NCBI RefSeq assembly: GCF_902713615.1
Contig: NC_052166.1
Coordinates: forward strand, 5,596,711 to 5,660,710
Reading direction: 5' to 3'
Length of the DNA: 64,000 nucleotides
Source of the DNA: Scyliorhinus canicula
Taxonomy: Eukaryota
Part shown: positions 49,501 through 64,000 of the stretch, one piece after another
Layout: each line of letters starts with the position of its first letter
Numbering within the stretch: the first letter of the stretch is position 1
The notes under the pieces: generated by a model
Seen by the model: the letters and a program-made list of their open reading frames with translations, nothing else
Database searches by the model: none
Told to the model about the DNA's origin: nothing
Translations under genes and position numbers: made by a program

Positions 49501-52500
49501 CAATCATGGCTGATATTTTCTCATTCCCATTCTCCTGCCTTCTCCCCATAACCCCCGATCCTCTTATTAATCAAGAACCTATCTATCTCTATCTTAAAGA
49601 CACTCAGTGATTTGGCCTCCACAGCCTCCTGCGGCAAAGAGTTCCACAGATTCACCACCCTCTGGCTGAAGAAATTCCTCCTCAGCTCAGTTTTAAAGTA
49701 TCGTCAGTTCAGTCTGAGGCTGTGCCCTCGAGTTCTGGTCCCTCCCTCCCTTGAAACACCCTCTCCCCATCCACACTATCTAGGCCTCAGTATTCTGTTG
49801 CCTACTGTGTCATTTAAAATAGACTCTGTGGACTGTTTGCTAGCTTGTTGGGATGGAGAAAGGGGGTGGTATCGGCGATTTAGGAGAGGATTCTGGAGGC
49901 GGATAGGGTGTTCATGGGGGGGATTTAAGGTGAAGTATGGAGAGCATTAGCTATGAGGAAAGGTTAGATTGAACTCTGATTTTTCTTACTGGAACGATGG
50001 AGGTTGAGAGGCGACCTGATAGAGGTCTACAAGATTAGGACTTGCATGGACAGAGTGGATAGTCGAGTACTAGGGCATCTCGACAAATATAGGAAAACGG
50101 TGGGAATGGAAGGATACGGACTCCGTAAGTGCGTACGATTTTAGTTTAGGCAGGTACTATGGTCGGAGAAAGCTTGGAGGGCCGAATGGCCTGTTCCTGT
50201 GCTGTATTGTTTTTTGGGAGGAAAGGTTGAGGTGGCAATGGAATAGGGTCTGTAGTGTGAGGTGCTGCCAGCAGTGAATGCCTTAACCTCATGCGCGTGG
50301 TTGGGGCTGTTACAATGGATACGTGTATAGGGCGCACCTCACAAAATCACGGATGAGCCAGCTCTTTGAGGGGGTGGAGGATGCCCCACAAACCATGTGC
50401 ATTTGTTTCGACCCTGCCCGAAGCTGGAAAGGTATTGGAGGGGAGGTTTTTAAACACCATCTCGGCGGTGCTGCGTATGCATTTGGGGCCTGGGTCCCGC
50501 AAGTGGCCATTTTAGCCTTCACCTCGCTGATAGCCCCACAAGGGACAGAAACGGACTGGAATGAGTTTGACACAATCTGTCCTCTCTTGTCTTTTCCCTC
50601 TGCAAGGTCAGACATGGTGAAGATTACGAGTAGTTACCAGTACAAAGGTGGCAAGAAAGGTCTGCAAACCTTTGCCCGAGAGCCGCTAATTGTGCGCTTT
50701 TCCTCGCCTAGAACAGGTAAGGAAATGAGATGGTGCTCCAGCCAACGGCTAGTCAATTGTTTTGAGAGTTTTGCAAGGGATTGATTGGGTCAGGCATGTC
50801 ACGTTGTAGCAACTGACGAATAGCCCTGGCATGTGAGGAGGACATTTGGCCCCTTGTGTCTGTGCTGGCCCTCTGCAAGAGTGCCCCGCCTTCTCTGCTC
50901 CCGAGTGCAGTCCCCGCTTCTCCAGTCCACCCATGGATCTGAAGCCCCCCTCATCCCCGGAAGCATTCTCAGAAGTTCCTCTGAAGCACCTCACTCCTGT
51001 TTTCGCCAGAATTGGTTTATTTCGTCCCTCAATCTAAAGCCCAACACATTATACCGACAGCGCACACTCAAAAAAACCTGCTGCCGACTGAGAATGCCGC
51101 TGGGGCCTCTGACGGTTCAAGCCCCGCAAGGGACAGAAACGGGTTTGACACAATCTGTGCTCTCTTAACTATCCGCCGCTCAACAGACCTCGCCCTGCCT
51201 TTGCCGGGGGGGTGGTTCCCCGTGGCGCGGCTCACGAACTCCGTGGGCTGTTTGCAATAGCGTGCCCCTGTGTAGTCTCTGTAGAGCAGTGGTGGGTAAC
51301 TTGCGGCCCAGGGGGGGGGGGCACACCAATCTGGATTCTGAGTGGCCCATGAGACATTTTGCCGACTCCCACGCGCAGGGTTGCCACATTCCGCTGATTT
51401 CTGCCTGCGTAGATTTCTTTCCCATGGGGCCAGTTAGTGAACAAGCTTGTAGCCCACTGACATGTAGTGCATTGTTAAAATAGACTCTGTAGACTGCTGT
51501 TGTGTGCTGTTTAAATAGACTCTGTAGACTGTTTGCTGTAGTGTGCTGTTTAAATAGACCCTGTAGACTGTTTGCTGTAGTGTGCTGTTTAAATAGACCC
51601 TGTAGATTGTTTGCTGTAGTGTGGTGTTTAAATAGACCCTGTAGATTGTTTGCTGTAGTGTGCTGTTTAAATAGACTCTGTAGACCGTTTGCTGTAGTTC
51701 GCTGTTTATAGAAGTGTGCTGTTTAAATAGACCCTGTAGACTGTTTAAATACTCTAGACTGTTTGCTGTAGTGCAATGTTTAAAGCCTATACGATAGTGA
51801 CGTTTAAGGGGCATCTTGACAAATACATGAATAGGATGGGAATAGAGGGATACGGACCCCGGAAGTGTAGACGATTTTATTTCAGATGGGCAGCACGGTT
51901 GGTGCAGGATTGGAGGGCTTGAAGGGCCTGTTCCTGTGCTGTACTTTTCTTTGTTTGTTGACTCTGTAGATTGTTTGCTGTAGATTGTTTGCTGTGGACT
52001 GTTTGCTGTAGAGTGCTGTTCTGTGGACTGTGCTGTTTAAATAGACTAGTTAGCCTGTTTGCTGCAGCGTGCCATTGTATAAACTCTGTAGTTTATGCCT
52101 GCGTATTATAGACTCCGTGCACTGCTTGTTGTAAGTCCTGACCCACCTCCCAAATCATTGACCAGCACAGTACGAGTCAGTCGGTCGACGCGTTTTGGAT
52201 GCCAAGTCCAAGTTCACCCACCTCCCTCTTGTCCTTGCAGCCATTAAAGATTTTGTCCTGATCCCTCTTCATGCTCCCCCGGGAGAAGCCGTGAACGAGA
52301 TTGACCAGCTGTACAATGTGTTTCTGGACGTGAGAGCTAAATGGGACATTGAGGTAAGTGAGTCAGGGTGGGGAGGGGTGGAGAGGAGCAGAGATAGGTG
52401 CTGTAGGTGTGCGGGGGGGGGGGGACGGACAGAGTGCCAAGCCAGGCAGAAAGCCCTCGTTCTGCCAGTCCCTGTAAACGACTCGTTTTTTTTTTTTGTT

Positions 52501-55500
52501 TCTCCCTCTCCACAAACCTTCCGCAGGACATCATGATCCTGGGAGACCTGAACGCGGACTGCAGGTATGTGTCGGCAAAGGACTGGGAAACCATCCGACT
52601 GCGCAACAAGCCAGGCTTCTTCTGGCTCATCGGCGATAACCAAGACACGACGGCCAGTGCGAGGACGGACTGCGCGTACGACAGGTAACCGAATGTCAGG
52701 TGGGGTCCGTAAAGGGAAGACCGTTGTCCTCAAGTATGGTGCCCTCTCTGGCAGAGTGAAGAACAAAGAGAACAAAGAAAATGACAGCACAGGAACAGGC
52801 CCTTCGGCCCTCCCAGCCTGCGCCGATCCAGATCCTTTATCTAAACCTGTCTCCTATTTTCCAAGGTCTACTTCCCTCTGTTCCCCACCCTCTGTCCAGA
52901 TGCATCTTAAATGATGCTATCGTACCCGCCTCTACCACCTCCGCTGGTAACGCGTTCCAGGCACCCACCACCCTCTGCGTAAAAAACTTTCCACGCACAT
53001 CTCCCTTAAACTTAACCCCTCTCATCTTGAAATCGTGACCCCTTGTAATTGACACCCCCTCTCTTGGTAAAAGCTTGTTGCTATCCACCCTGTCCATACC
53101 TCTCAATATTGTATACCTCAATCAGGTCCCCCCTCAACCTCCGTCTTTCCAACGAAAACAATCCTAATCTACTCAACCTTTCTTCCTAGCTAGCACCCTC
53201 CATACCAGGCAACATCCTGGTGAACCTCCTCTGCACCCTCTCCAAGGCATCCACATCCTTCTGGTAATGTGGCGACCAGAACTGCACGCAGTATTCCAAA
53301 TGTGGCCGAACCAAAGTCCTATACAACTGTAACATGACCTGCCTACTCCTGTACTCAATACCCCGTCCAATGAAGGCAAGCATGCTGTATGCCTTCTTGA
53401 CCACTCTATCCACCTGCGTTGCCACCTTCAGGGTACAATGGGAGGAGTTGGGGCTGGCATTAGATGCAGAGGAGGCGTTTGATCCGGTGGAGTGATTTGA
53501 TGGCGGCGTTGGAGAAATTTGGGATTGCGGCGTGGATGCAGCTGCTGTATTAGGAGCCGACGGCGAGCATGCACACGAGTAGTATCAATTCAGGGTATTT
53601 GGCACAGCACCAGGCAGGGATGCTGTAGCCTATATCACCCCTTCTGTTTGCATTGGCTAAAGAGCCCTTGCAATGGGGAGTGGAGCATAGCCCTGTGCTC
53701 CCTGAGATGCATATTGCGGAGCTGAAGTCTTTGGTGAGGAGCATTATGGAGTTGCTTCAGAGGTTTGGGACTTTTTCAGGGTACAAACTGAATTTAAGGA
53801 AAAGCGAGTATATTGTCCCTCGCCGGGAGGAGGGACTGCCATTTTGTTTGGCAGCATCAAACATTAGGGACCTGGGGGGGGGGGGTTCAGGTAACCCAGA
53901 TGTTCAATTTCACTGGCTTGGTGCGGAGGGTGAAGGCTGACATTGGGGGTGGGTCAATGTCCCTCTGTTGGCTACCGGTCTTTTTGGCCAAAGCTATTTT
54001 AAGGGGTTGGACCAGCTGATTTCCCCGTTTTGTTTGGGTGGGGAAGGTGGCACAGATTAGGAAGGTTGGCACGGATGAGGAAGGCGATACTGCAGATAGG
54101 CCTCCCAAATTTGATCTATTTCTTGTGAGCGGCGAACGCAGAGAAGATTCAGGGGATGGAATAGCGCTGCTCCCGGTGGCCCCAGGGAAGTATTCGGTGA
54201 GGTGGTGGCCACGCTGAAGATCTGGAGGTAGTTGGGTCGGGGGGAGATGCCGATTAGGAGGAATCACAGAGTCGAACCGGGGAGGATGGATACAAGTTCC
54301 TGGGATGGGGGGGGGGGGGAAGGATCAAGGAAATGGAGGATCTGGAGTTGTGCGCGTAGTTTGGGCTGATACAGGGCATTTCAGGAATTATGCAGGACTT
54401 CGGGAAGACTGTCTTTGCAACCTTCCCACTGCGACCTACCTCGTTGCTTTCCCGTCTGTGCTCTGTGGTGTTTCCAAAGAGCTGATCAATGACCGAATAT
54501 CTTCCCACTCAGAACAGGTCAACAGCCTCTCCCCAGGGGTGAACCCAAGCAGGCATGGTGTGCGGGGCGGATATTTTTAGCCTTCGCCTCGCTGATTTGC
54601 CCACAGGCAGGTCTTGTTGAGGCGGAGGTCAGCTTCTCCACCCCGTGCCTTGGCGTGGCCTGTTAGGGATTTTTTTAACCCTGGAAAAAGTGACATTTGC
54701 TCAGGGTGGGGCTTTGTATATTGTAAAATATTGAAAGTTTGTGGAATAAAATATCTTCAAAAACAAAAATGAGGAAAACCTCAAAAGAATGCCAAATTTC
54801 AAATGGTCACAACTGATCCCACCATTTGGGAACAATCCCAAATGCGCTAATCACTGCACAGAGTTTGCAAAGTAGTACACCGTGCCACTGGAGATTTAGC
54901 TCTCGAACAGCTCAGACTTTCTGGCGCCTGAGCAATCAGTTTGATTGGTCAGCTGGTGGCAAAAGGCTGTATCCTGCCCGGTGACAGGCGGGGGTTGGGT
55001 CCTACTCATGGGGGGTGGTTTTCAGGGAAACCAGGAAGGGACAGTGAGCTCCAGCCTGAAAGCAAAGGCATCCAAACTGAAGAAAGGCATACTGGAAGAC
55101 ATCCATCTGCAGAGACTTTTATTTTCCTTTACACCCCCTCTATATCTGTTTGTCTTGTGCGTGTGTGTGTGTATATTTATTTCCCCTGCTCAATTGCATC
55201 ATCCAATTCACGCAAACCTTCTCGTCCACAGGATCATCGTGCACGGCTGGAACTTTTTCAAAGCTCTCGTGCCTGGGTCGGCCAAGGTGTTCAACGTCCA
55301 GGAGGAGTTCAAACTCACCGAGAAAGAGGTGAGCACGAGGAATATTTCTGACAGTTCATGCCTGGGGTGGCTAACCACCCCCCCCCCCCCCCCTCTCTCT
55401 CCAATTAACCACCAGCTCTCTCGTCATTAAAATAAAAGCATTATTAACCGCTCTCCTTTTGCCCACTTGATTCTGCAGGCAGTGGAGGTGAGCGACCATT

Positions 55501-55550
55501 ACCCGGTGGAGGTGAAACTCAAACTGGAGGCCGTCCACTATGAACTGTGA
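31454..55550 (+). CDS. DNASE1L1: Deoxyribonuclease-1-like protein (DNase X ortholog by synteny), 283 aa, 8 coding exons
   Basis: Exons 31454-31579, 45239-45327, 48533-48619, 50607-50716, 52241-52353, 52527-52684, 55232-55328, 55479-55550 sum to 852 nt in one open frame. DNase I motifs [50 protein letters not shown] are intact. Tail-to-tail with RPL10 as in human. Family is certain; paralog identity rests on synteny. Confidence 0.9.
31620..33195. repeat. 33-bp minisatellite (reverse orientation) at the start of the first coding-region intron of DNASE1L1
   Basis: GTCAGTGCTGAGGGAGCGCCGCACTGTCGGAGG repeats. Confidence 0.95.
35781..39906 (-). mobile_element. CR1-type LINE inserted in the Gypsy RT, itself interrupted
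   Basis: TSD AGGATA (35775-35780, 39907-39912); RT ORFs 38429-39187. Confidence 0.85.
36265..38347 (+). mobile_element. CR1-type LINE nested in opposite orientation
   Basis: ORFs 36899-37204 and 37280-38065 ([14 protein letters not shown]); SINE at 36340-36568 with 15-bp TSD. Confidence 0.92.
42115..45046 (+). mobile_element. 5'-truncated Gypsy LTR retrotransposon: RT-RNase H, integrase, PPT, 3' LTR (44738-45046)
   Basis: ORF 42070-43428 ([32 protein letters not shown]); frameshifted integrase (IDFKGP, HSDR); PPT ACAGGGGGTGAA; LTR TG..CA with TATA and ATTAAA. Confidence 0.94.
45239..45327 (+). CDS. DNASE1L1: DNASE1L1 coding exon 2
   Basis: atag| [29 protein letters not shown] |gtgagg; 89 nt. 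Confidence 0.92.
46010..48150. repeat. 37-bp C-rich minisatellite (about 58 units) inside an L2-like LINE remnant
   Basis: reverse complement of the 14665-15635 unit. Confidence 0.96.
48533..48619 (+). CDS. DNASE1L1: DNASE1L1 coding exon 3
   Basis: acag| [28 protein letters not shown] |gtacat; 87 nt. Confidence 0.92.
50607..50716 (+). CDS. DNASE1L1: DNASE1L1 coding exon 4
   Basis: less common aag| acceptor; [28 protein letters not shown] |gtaagg; 110 nt. Confidence 0.9.
51475..51785. repeat. 39-bp minisatellite
   Basis: AAATAGACTCTGTAGACTGTTTGCTGTAGTGTGCTGTTT; stray units at 49400, 49815 and 51960-52130. Confidence 0.9.
52241..52353 (+). CDS. DNASE1L1: DNASE1L1 coding exon 5
   Basis: gcag| [37 protein letters not shown] |gtaagt; 113 nt; first catalytic His. 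Confidence 0.93.
52527..52684 (+). CDS. DNASE1L1: DNASE1L1 coding exon 6
   Basis: gcag| [32 protein letters not shown] |gtaacc; 158 nt. Confidence 0.93.
52765..53420 (-). mobile_element. CR1-type LINE 3' fragment (close relative at 6790-7625)
   Basis: [19 protein letters not shown]; (GTTCTTT)n tail. Confidence 0.9.
53440..54770 (+). mobile_element. decayed L1-clade LINE remnant
   Basis: [39 protein letters not shown]; AATAAA and A-rich end. Confidence 0.75.
55232..55328 (+). CDS. DNASE1L1: DNASE1L1 coding exon 7
   Basis: acag| [32 protein letters not shown] |gtgagc; 97 nt. Confidence 0.92.
55479..55550 (+). CDS. DNASE1L1: DNASE1L1 last coding exon
   Basis: gcag| [23 protein letters not shown]; second catalytic His. 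Confidence 0.92.
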   Translation, partial: AVEVSDHYPVEVKLKLEAVHYEL

Positions 55551-55889
55551 CCTCTTCCCCGGACAAGACCAACATTCATCAGCACGACTGCAGAGAATAA
55601 CTCGCCACGGGTCGCTGTGTTTTTCCTCCTCCCCTGGGAGATTTGCTCAAGAACCCCGTCTGATTTTCAGGGGCCCCTGATTCACATTTCAGCAAGTGCT
55701 CCACTAGCTGATGTCTTAGTTGCGTAAACTCTGTATTCGCAATAGCAGTGGTTAGTTAGGCTTGCGCAGAATTAATCATTATCTCCGATCATCACCCCTC
55801 CATTGACCTTATGGCCACAATATGACAATGGAACATTGGTTTCTGTTTCCTTAGTGGAGGAGGCAGCCATTTGGCCCTAGAGTCTGCAC

Positions 55890-56380
55890 TGGCAGCACAG
55901 TTAGCACAACTCCAGGGTCCCAGGTTCGATTCCCCGCTGGGTCACTGTGCGGAGTCTGCATGTTCTCCCCGTGGGTTTCCTCTGGGTGCTGCGGTTTCCT
56001 CCCACAGTCCAAACATTAATAAAAATAAATTTGAGTCCCCAATTCATTTTTTTCTCAATTAAAGGGGCACTTTAGCGTGGCCAATCTACTGGCCCTGCAC
56101 ATCTTCAGGAGAATGCGCAAACTCCACACGGACAGCTGGGATCCAACCTGGGACCTCAGCTCCTTGAGGCAGCAGTGCTAATCACTGCGCCACCGTGCTG
56201 CCCTAACCACAGTCCAATGATGTGCAGGTTAGGTGGACTGGCCATGCTAAATTGCCCTTAGTGTCCAAAAAGGTTAAGTTGGTTTACGGGGATAGGGTGG
56301 GCTTGGGTAGGGTGCTCCATACAAGGGCCAGTGCAGACTCGCTGGGTCAAATGGCCTCCTCCAGCACTGTAAATTCTATG
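55890..56380 (+). mobile_element. HE1 SINE with a second, antisense SINE nested at 56013-56206
   Basis: 11-bp TSD CCACAGTCCAA (56002-56012, 56207-56217). Confidence 0.82.
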
Positions 56381-56521
56381 ACCCCCCCCCCCGAAAGAGC
56401 ACCCTAACAGCACTGTACCTGCATCTCAGACGGGCAGCAGCTGTCTGGGAAGGCAGCTCACTCACCACATGAATAATGAATGCTGGGACCCCCAGTCAGT
56501 GACGTCCACATCCTTCGAATG

Positions 56522-56527
56522 AATAAA
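56522..56527 (+). terminator. candidate polyadenylation signal of DNASE1L1
   Basis: AATAAA about 970 nt after the stop codon, inside a degenerate retroposon 3' tail. Confidence 0.45.
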
Positions 56528-57073
56528 GAGTATGAATTAAGAAAAGTTGCTCGTTCATGTAGGAGATCTTAGTATGTGTACAATGGTCTACACGTGACTC
56601 CAATCCGTGCAATGCGGGCGACTCAGTTCAAGAGGCTTTCAAGGATGGGCAATATCTCGCTAGGGACACCAACATCCTGTGTACTAAAAAAAGGCACAAA
56701 CCCTTCTTCATCAAAGACTTTCGTTCCCAGTGGGCAGCATGGGGGGATTGGGGTGTGTTATCTTTTTAAAGTTTCAATGCGATTTGACTTTTGTCTTGGC
56801 TAATATATCTTTCAACCCCTTTAAATCGACACTGTGTACCTGTTTTTTAGATTTTAATGATGCCTCCCTCCCCACACACGCCCATTTCTCTCCCGCACGT
56901 TCACACACGTTTCCCTGACGTGAACTAAAGAGTGCAAAGGACCCGTGCTCACAGGCCACAAGCCCCTCAAAACACGACCCCCCCCCCCCCGGAAGTCAGA
57001 CACACTGGAGGCAGGCACGTGGTAGGCAAAACTCTCCTTTTAATTTTCAAACTGTCCCACGAGCGAGTCACAT

Positions 57074-60989
<3,916 letters not shown>

Positions 60990-61203
60990 CTTGCTGCCTG
61001 GAAATCCCAGTCGGGGCCTGCGGCCTAGTCGCTCGCTGCAGGAGACACAGAAAGAGAGAAAGGTCAGTGACCCCGGGTAACCCCACATCTCCCGGGCGAC
61101 CGCCTGCCAGCGCAACGGCCGAGCGCGCGGGGACCGTCTCCCCGGGCGACGTCCTCCCTCCCTCCCTCCCCCACCCGCAGCTCCCCTCGCGCTCCGCACT
61201 CAC

Positions 61204-61226
61204 CCACCGCCCAGTCCGCAAAGAGG
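61204..61226 (-). promoter_or_regulatory. RPL10: RPL10 non-coding exon 1 with TCT initiator / 5'TOP
   Basis: minus strand cCTCTTTGCGGACTGGGCGGTGG|gtgagt; upstream ETS (CCGGAAG), CCAAT and TGACGTCA sites in a CpG island. Confidence 0.8.
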
Positions 61227-63109
61227 CCGCGCGCCGCGTGCCGCCGCCTCAAAAGCCCAGACCCGCTTCCGGTCCCGCCCACACCGCCCGACGTCATGGC
61301 CACGCCCCTCCCTTACTGGCTGAGCTCGCATTGGCCAACAACAACGTCCTTCCGCCAACTTCCAGCCCCTGACGTCACTCAACTCTCTCCCTCCCTCCCA
61401 CCCAAATTAAAGCCCCCATCCCCGGCTCATTCCTCCCTCTTTTATTCTACCCTCCAACCTGCTGATCAAAAAAAAAAATCAGCCGTTGTATTTATTTTTT
61501 TCTTTAAACGATGGTCCAGCCACTTCCGGTGATTCGTCGCCCCTCCCCCATCACGCCACATCCGGGTCTCCAGATCCGTGACGTCAGACCAACCCGACCC
61601 AAAGAAAAGCCGCCTTCTTCCAAATTATTTCGGGATCGGAATTTACCCTCTGCCGTTCATTATCCGTCTCATCAATTGCATTTTAAATTTTTTTAAAAAT
61701 GAGCCCGAGGATTCTTCCTGACGGCCCCCCCCCCCCCCCCCCCCCGGTGGACGTCCCGTACGTGGACGGCAGCTTCCGGTAATTCGTACGGCACCTTCCG
61801 GCAGTTGTACGGCAGACTTCCAGTTGGTGACGACGACGTCCCACCAACATCCGGACGTGCCCTGTCCCGGCCTCTTCTCCCTTTCCTTCCCCCGTGCACT
61901 TCCGGTGGCTGTGGTGCATCCCTTTTCTCATTCCCACTTATTAGCCCTAAATGAATAATAATAATAATCTTTATTGTCACAAGGAGGCTCACGTTAACAC
62001 TGCAATAAAGTTACTGTGAAAACCCCCTCGTCGCCACATTCCGGCGCCTGTTCGGGTACACAGAGGGGGAATTCAGAATGTCCAATTCACCTAAGACCAC
62101 GTCTTGTGGGAGGAAACCGGAGCACCCGGAGGAAACCCGCGCAGACACTGGGAGGACGTGCAGACTCCGCACAGACAGTGACCCAGCCGGGAATCGAACC
62201 TGGGACCCTGGCGCTGTGAAGCCACAGTGCTAACCACTGTACCAGCGTGAAGGCGGTTCCGCTTCACCAGGCCACCCCCCCCCCCCCCACCCCCTCCACT
62301 TCCCACACCAAGAGAAAACAAAAACTTGACTTTTCCATCATTGTACCAGGAAACCTGTTCCATGGCAAACCTCTGTGGGGGAAGGAATCTTTTTTAAGTC
62401 CGGCCTTTGACTTTTCCCACCTATTTCTTTTTGGGCCCGCGGCCACTGTGCTAGCCCTCTCGAAGAAAAGTGCCCTCATCGAATTCACCTTACTTATCGC
62501 CTCACTCCACACTCCCCACCCTATCTCCCTTCCCAGCTCCTCCTCCCATTTATTCTCAATCCTCACCATTTGCCCTCACCCCTGCTTCCCCAGCCAACCA
62601 TATATACCACCAATCCTACCGTCCCCTTCCACATCCGGGAGCGCACCTGCTCCAGCAGGGTGTACTCCTATACATACCATAAGACATAGGAGCAGAATTA
62701 GGCCACTTGGCCCATCGGGCCTGCTCCGCCATTCACTCATGGCTGATATTTTTCTCATCCCCATTCTCCTGCCTTCTCCCCATAACCCCTGATCCCTCTA
62801 TTGATCAAAAATATATCTATCTCTGTCTTAAAGACACTCAGTGATTTGGCCTCCGCAGCCTTCTGTGGCAAAGAGTTCCACAGATTCACCACACTCTGGC
62901 TGGAGAAATTCCTACTCATCTCTGTTTTAAAGGATCATCCCTTTAGTCTGAGATTGTGTCCTCTGTTTCCAGTTTTTCTTACAAGTGGAAACATCCTCTC
63001 CACGCCCACAGTATCCTGTAAGTTTCAATAAGATCCCCCCTCATCCTTCTAAACTCCGAGTACAGACCTCGAGTCCTCAACGGTTCCTCATACGACAAGC
63101 TCTCATACG

Positions 63110-64000
63110 TCTCTCCTGGCTTAAACCTGTGGTTCCCACACAATGCTGTCAGCATCCGCTCCATCCTAAAGTGTCTCCTCAACTGGTTCCACTCCCTAAT
63201 CGTGGCCTGTACCACCGGGCTCTCTGTGTACCTCCTCTGTGCCATCAGGAGTGCCACTATCACCATGGCCCTTGTGGTAGTATGACTCGGGGTATTACGG
63301 TACCTGGGAGTGTGAGCTGCCATTGGTGCAGAGGACTTGCTGCCCATTGGCCCAGGTATCGTGTGCCTCTTATCCCTATTGGCTAAGAGGAAGGTAGCTC
63401 CGCCTACGAGGCGGGGTATAAGAACCCGTGTTCCCCGGCAGCCAGGCCATTTTCCTGTACGCCTGCTGCCGGGCTCACTTCTTGCTAATTAAAGCCTTTC
63501 GTTTCGGACTTCACCTACGTTTCGTGCCCATTGATTGTGCATCAGCCCTCAGGCTGGACCCCCGACAGGACTCCACCTCCATCCTAACCCACTCTAACCC
63601 CTCTCCTTCCCACCACCGCCTCACCTTCTCCACATTCACCGCCCAATAGTAGCGCAGCAGGTTTGGTAGCACCAACTGCCTCAGTAACAGAGGCCCCTTC
63701 ACCCTGGGCACCTTCCCTGCCCGTATCAAATCCAAAGTTGCTGCTTCCAGCTTCCAGGAAAAGGCCTTCAGGATGAGGGTCTGAAATACAATCAGGAACT
63801 TTGGCAGAATGGTCATTTTCACCACTTGAACCCTCCCTGCCAGCGCCAGGTGCAGTGTATCCCATCTCCTAACATCCCCCCTGACCTCCTCCGCCAACGT
63901 TGTCAGATTCCATTCCCCTGTCTGCACTCTCAGAATCTCCCTGGATGCGACCTGCCTCCACAGCTGATGAGCCAGCATATGGCTCGCCCTCTCCCCATAT
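63110..64000 (-). mobile_element. L1-clade LINE ORF2 remnant
   Basis: WDTLHLALAGRVQVVKMTILPKFL, LPNLLRYYWA. Confidence 0.82.
63273..63544 (+). mobile_element. short Gypsy-type solo LTR (272 bp)
   Basis: TGTGGT..CATCA ends; 5-bp TSD GCCCT; internal TATAA and ATTAAA. Confidence 0.82.

Overview
This is vertebrate genomic DNA, very likely from a shark, judged by dense HE1-type V-SINEs, CR1/HER1-type LINEs and shark-type minisatellites. It holds three spliced protein-coding genes that are neighbours on human Xq28. ATP6AP1 (+, 13411-26577) has 6 coding exons visible; the equivalents of human exons 2-5 are absent and presumably lie in the 500-N gap. A complete DNase I-family gene, best called DNASE1L1 (+, 31454-55550), has 8 coding exons and 283 aa. 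RPL10 (-, 57074-60989) has 215 aa, a 5'TOP first exon and SNORA70 in its last intron. The rest is nested retroelements (Gmr1-like and other Gypsy LTR remnants, solo LTRs with target-site duplications (TSDs), CR1, L1, L2, two SINE families) and at least nine minisatellite families. The most notable observations are: (1) a 123-bp TSD-flanked insert carrying a minimal hammerhead-ribozyme motif inside a hairpin minisatellite in RPL10 intron 2; (2) the DNASE1L1 product ends in a KDEL-like HYEL instead of the mammalian GPI tail; (3) SNORA70 sits one intron downstream of its human position; (4) gene order is rearranged with TAFAZZIN absent; (5) inverted repeats in both 3'UTRs; (6) minisatellites seeded from retroposon sequence. 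No new multi-gene system is supportable. Homology calls and human exon sizes are from recognition and memory, not from database searches.
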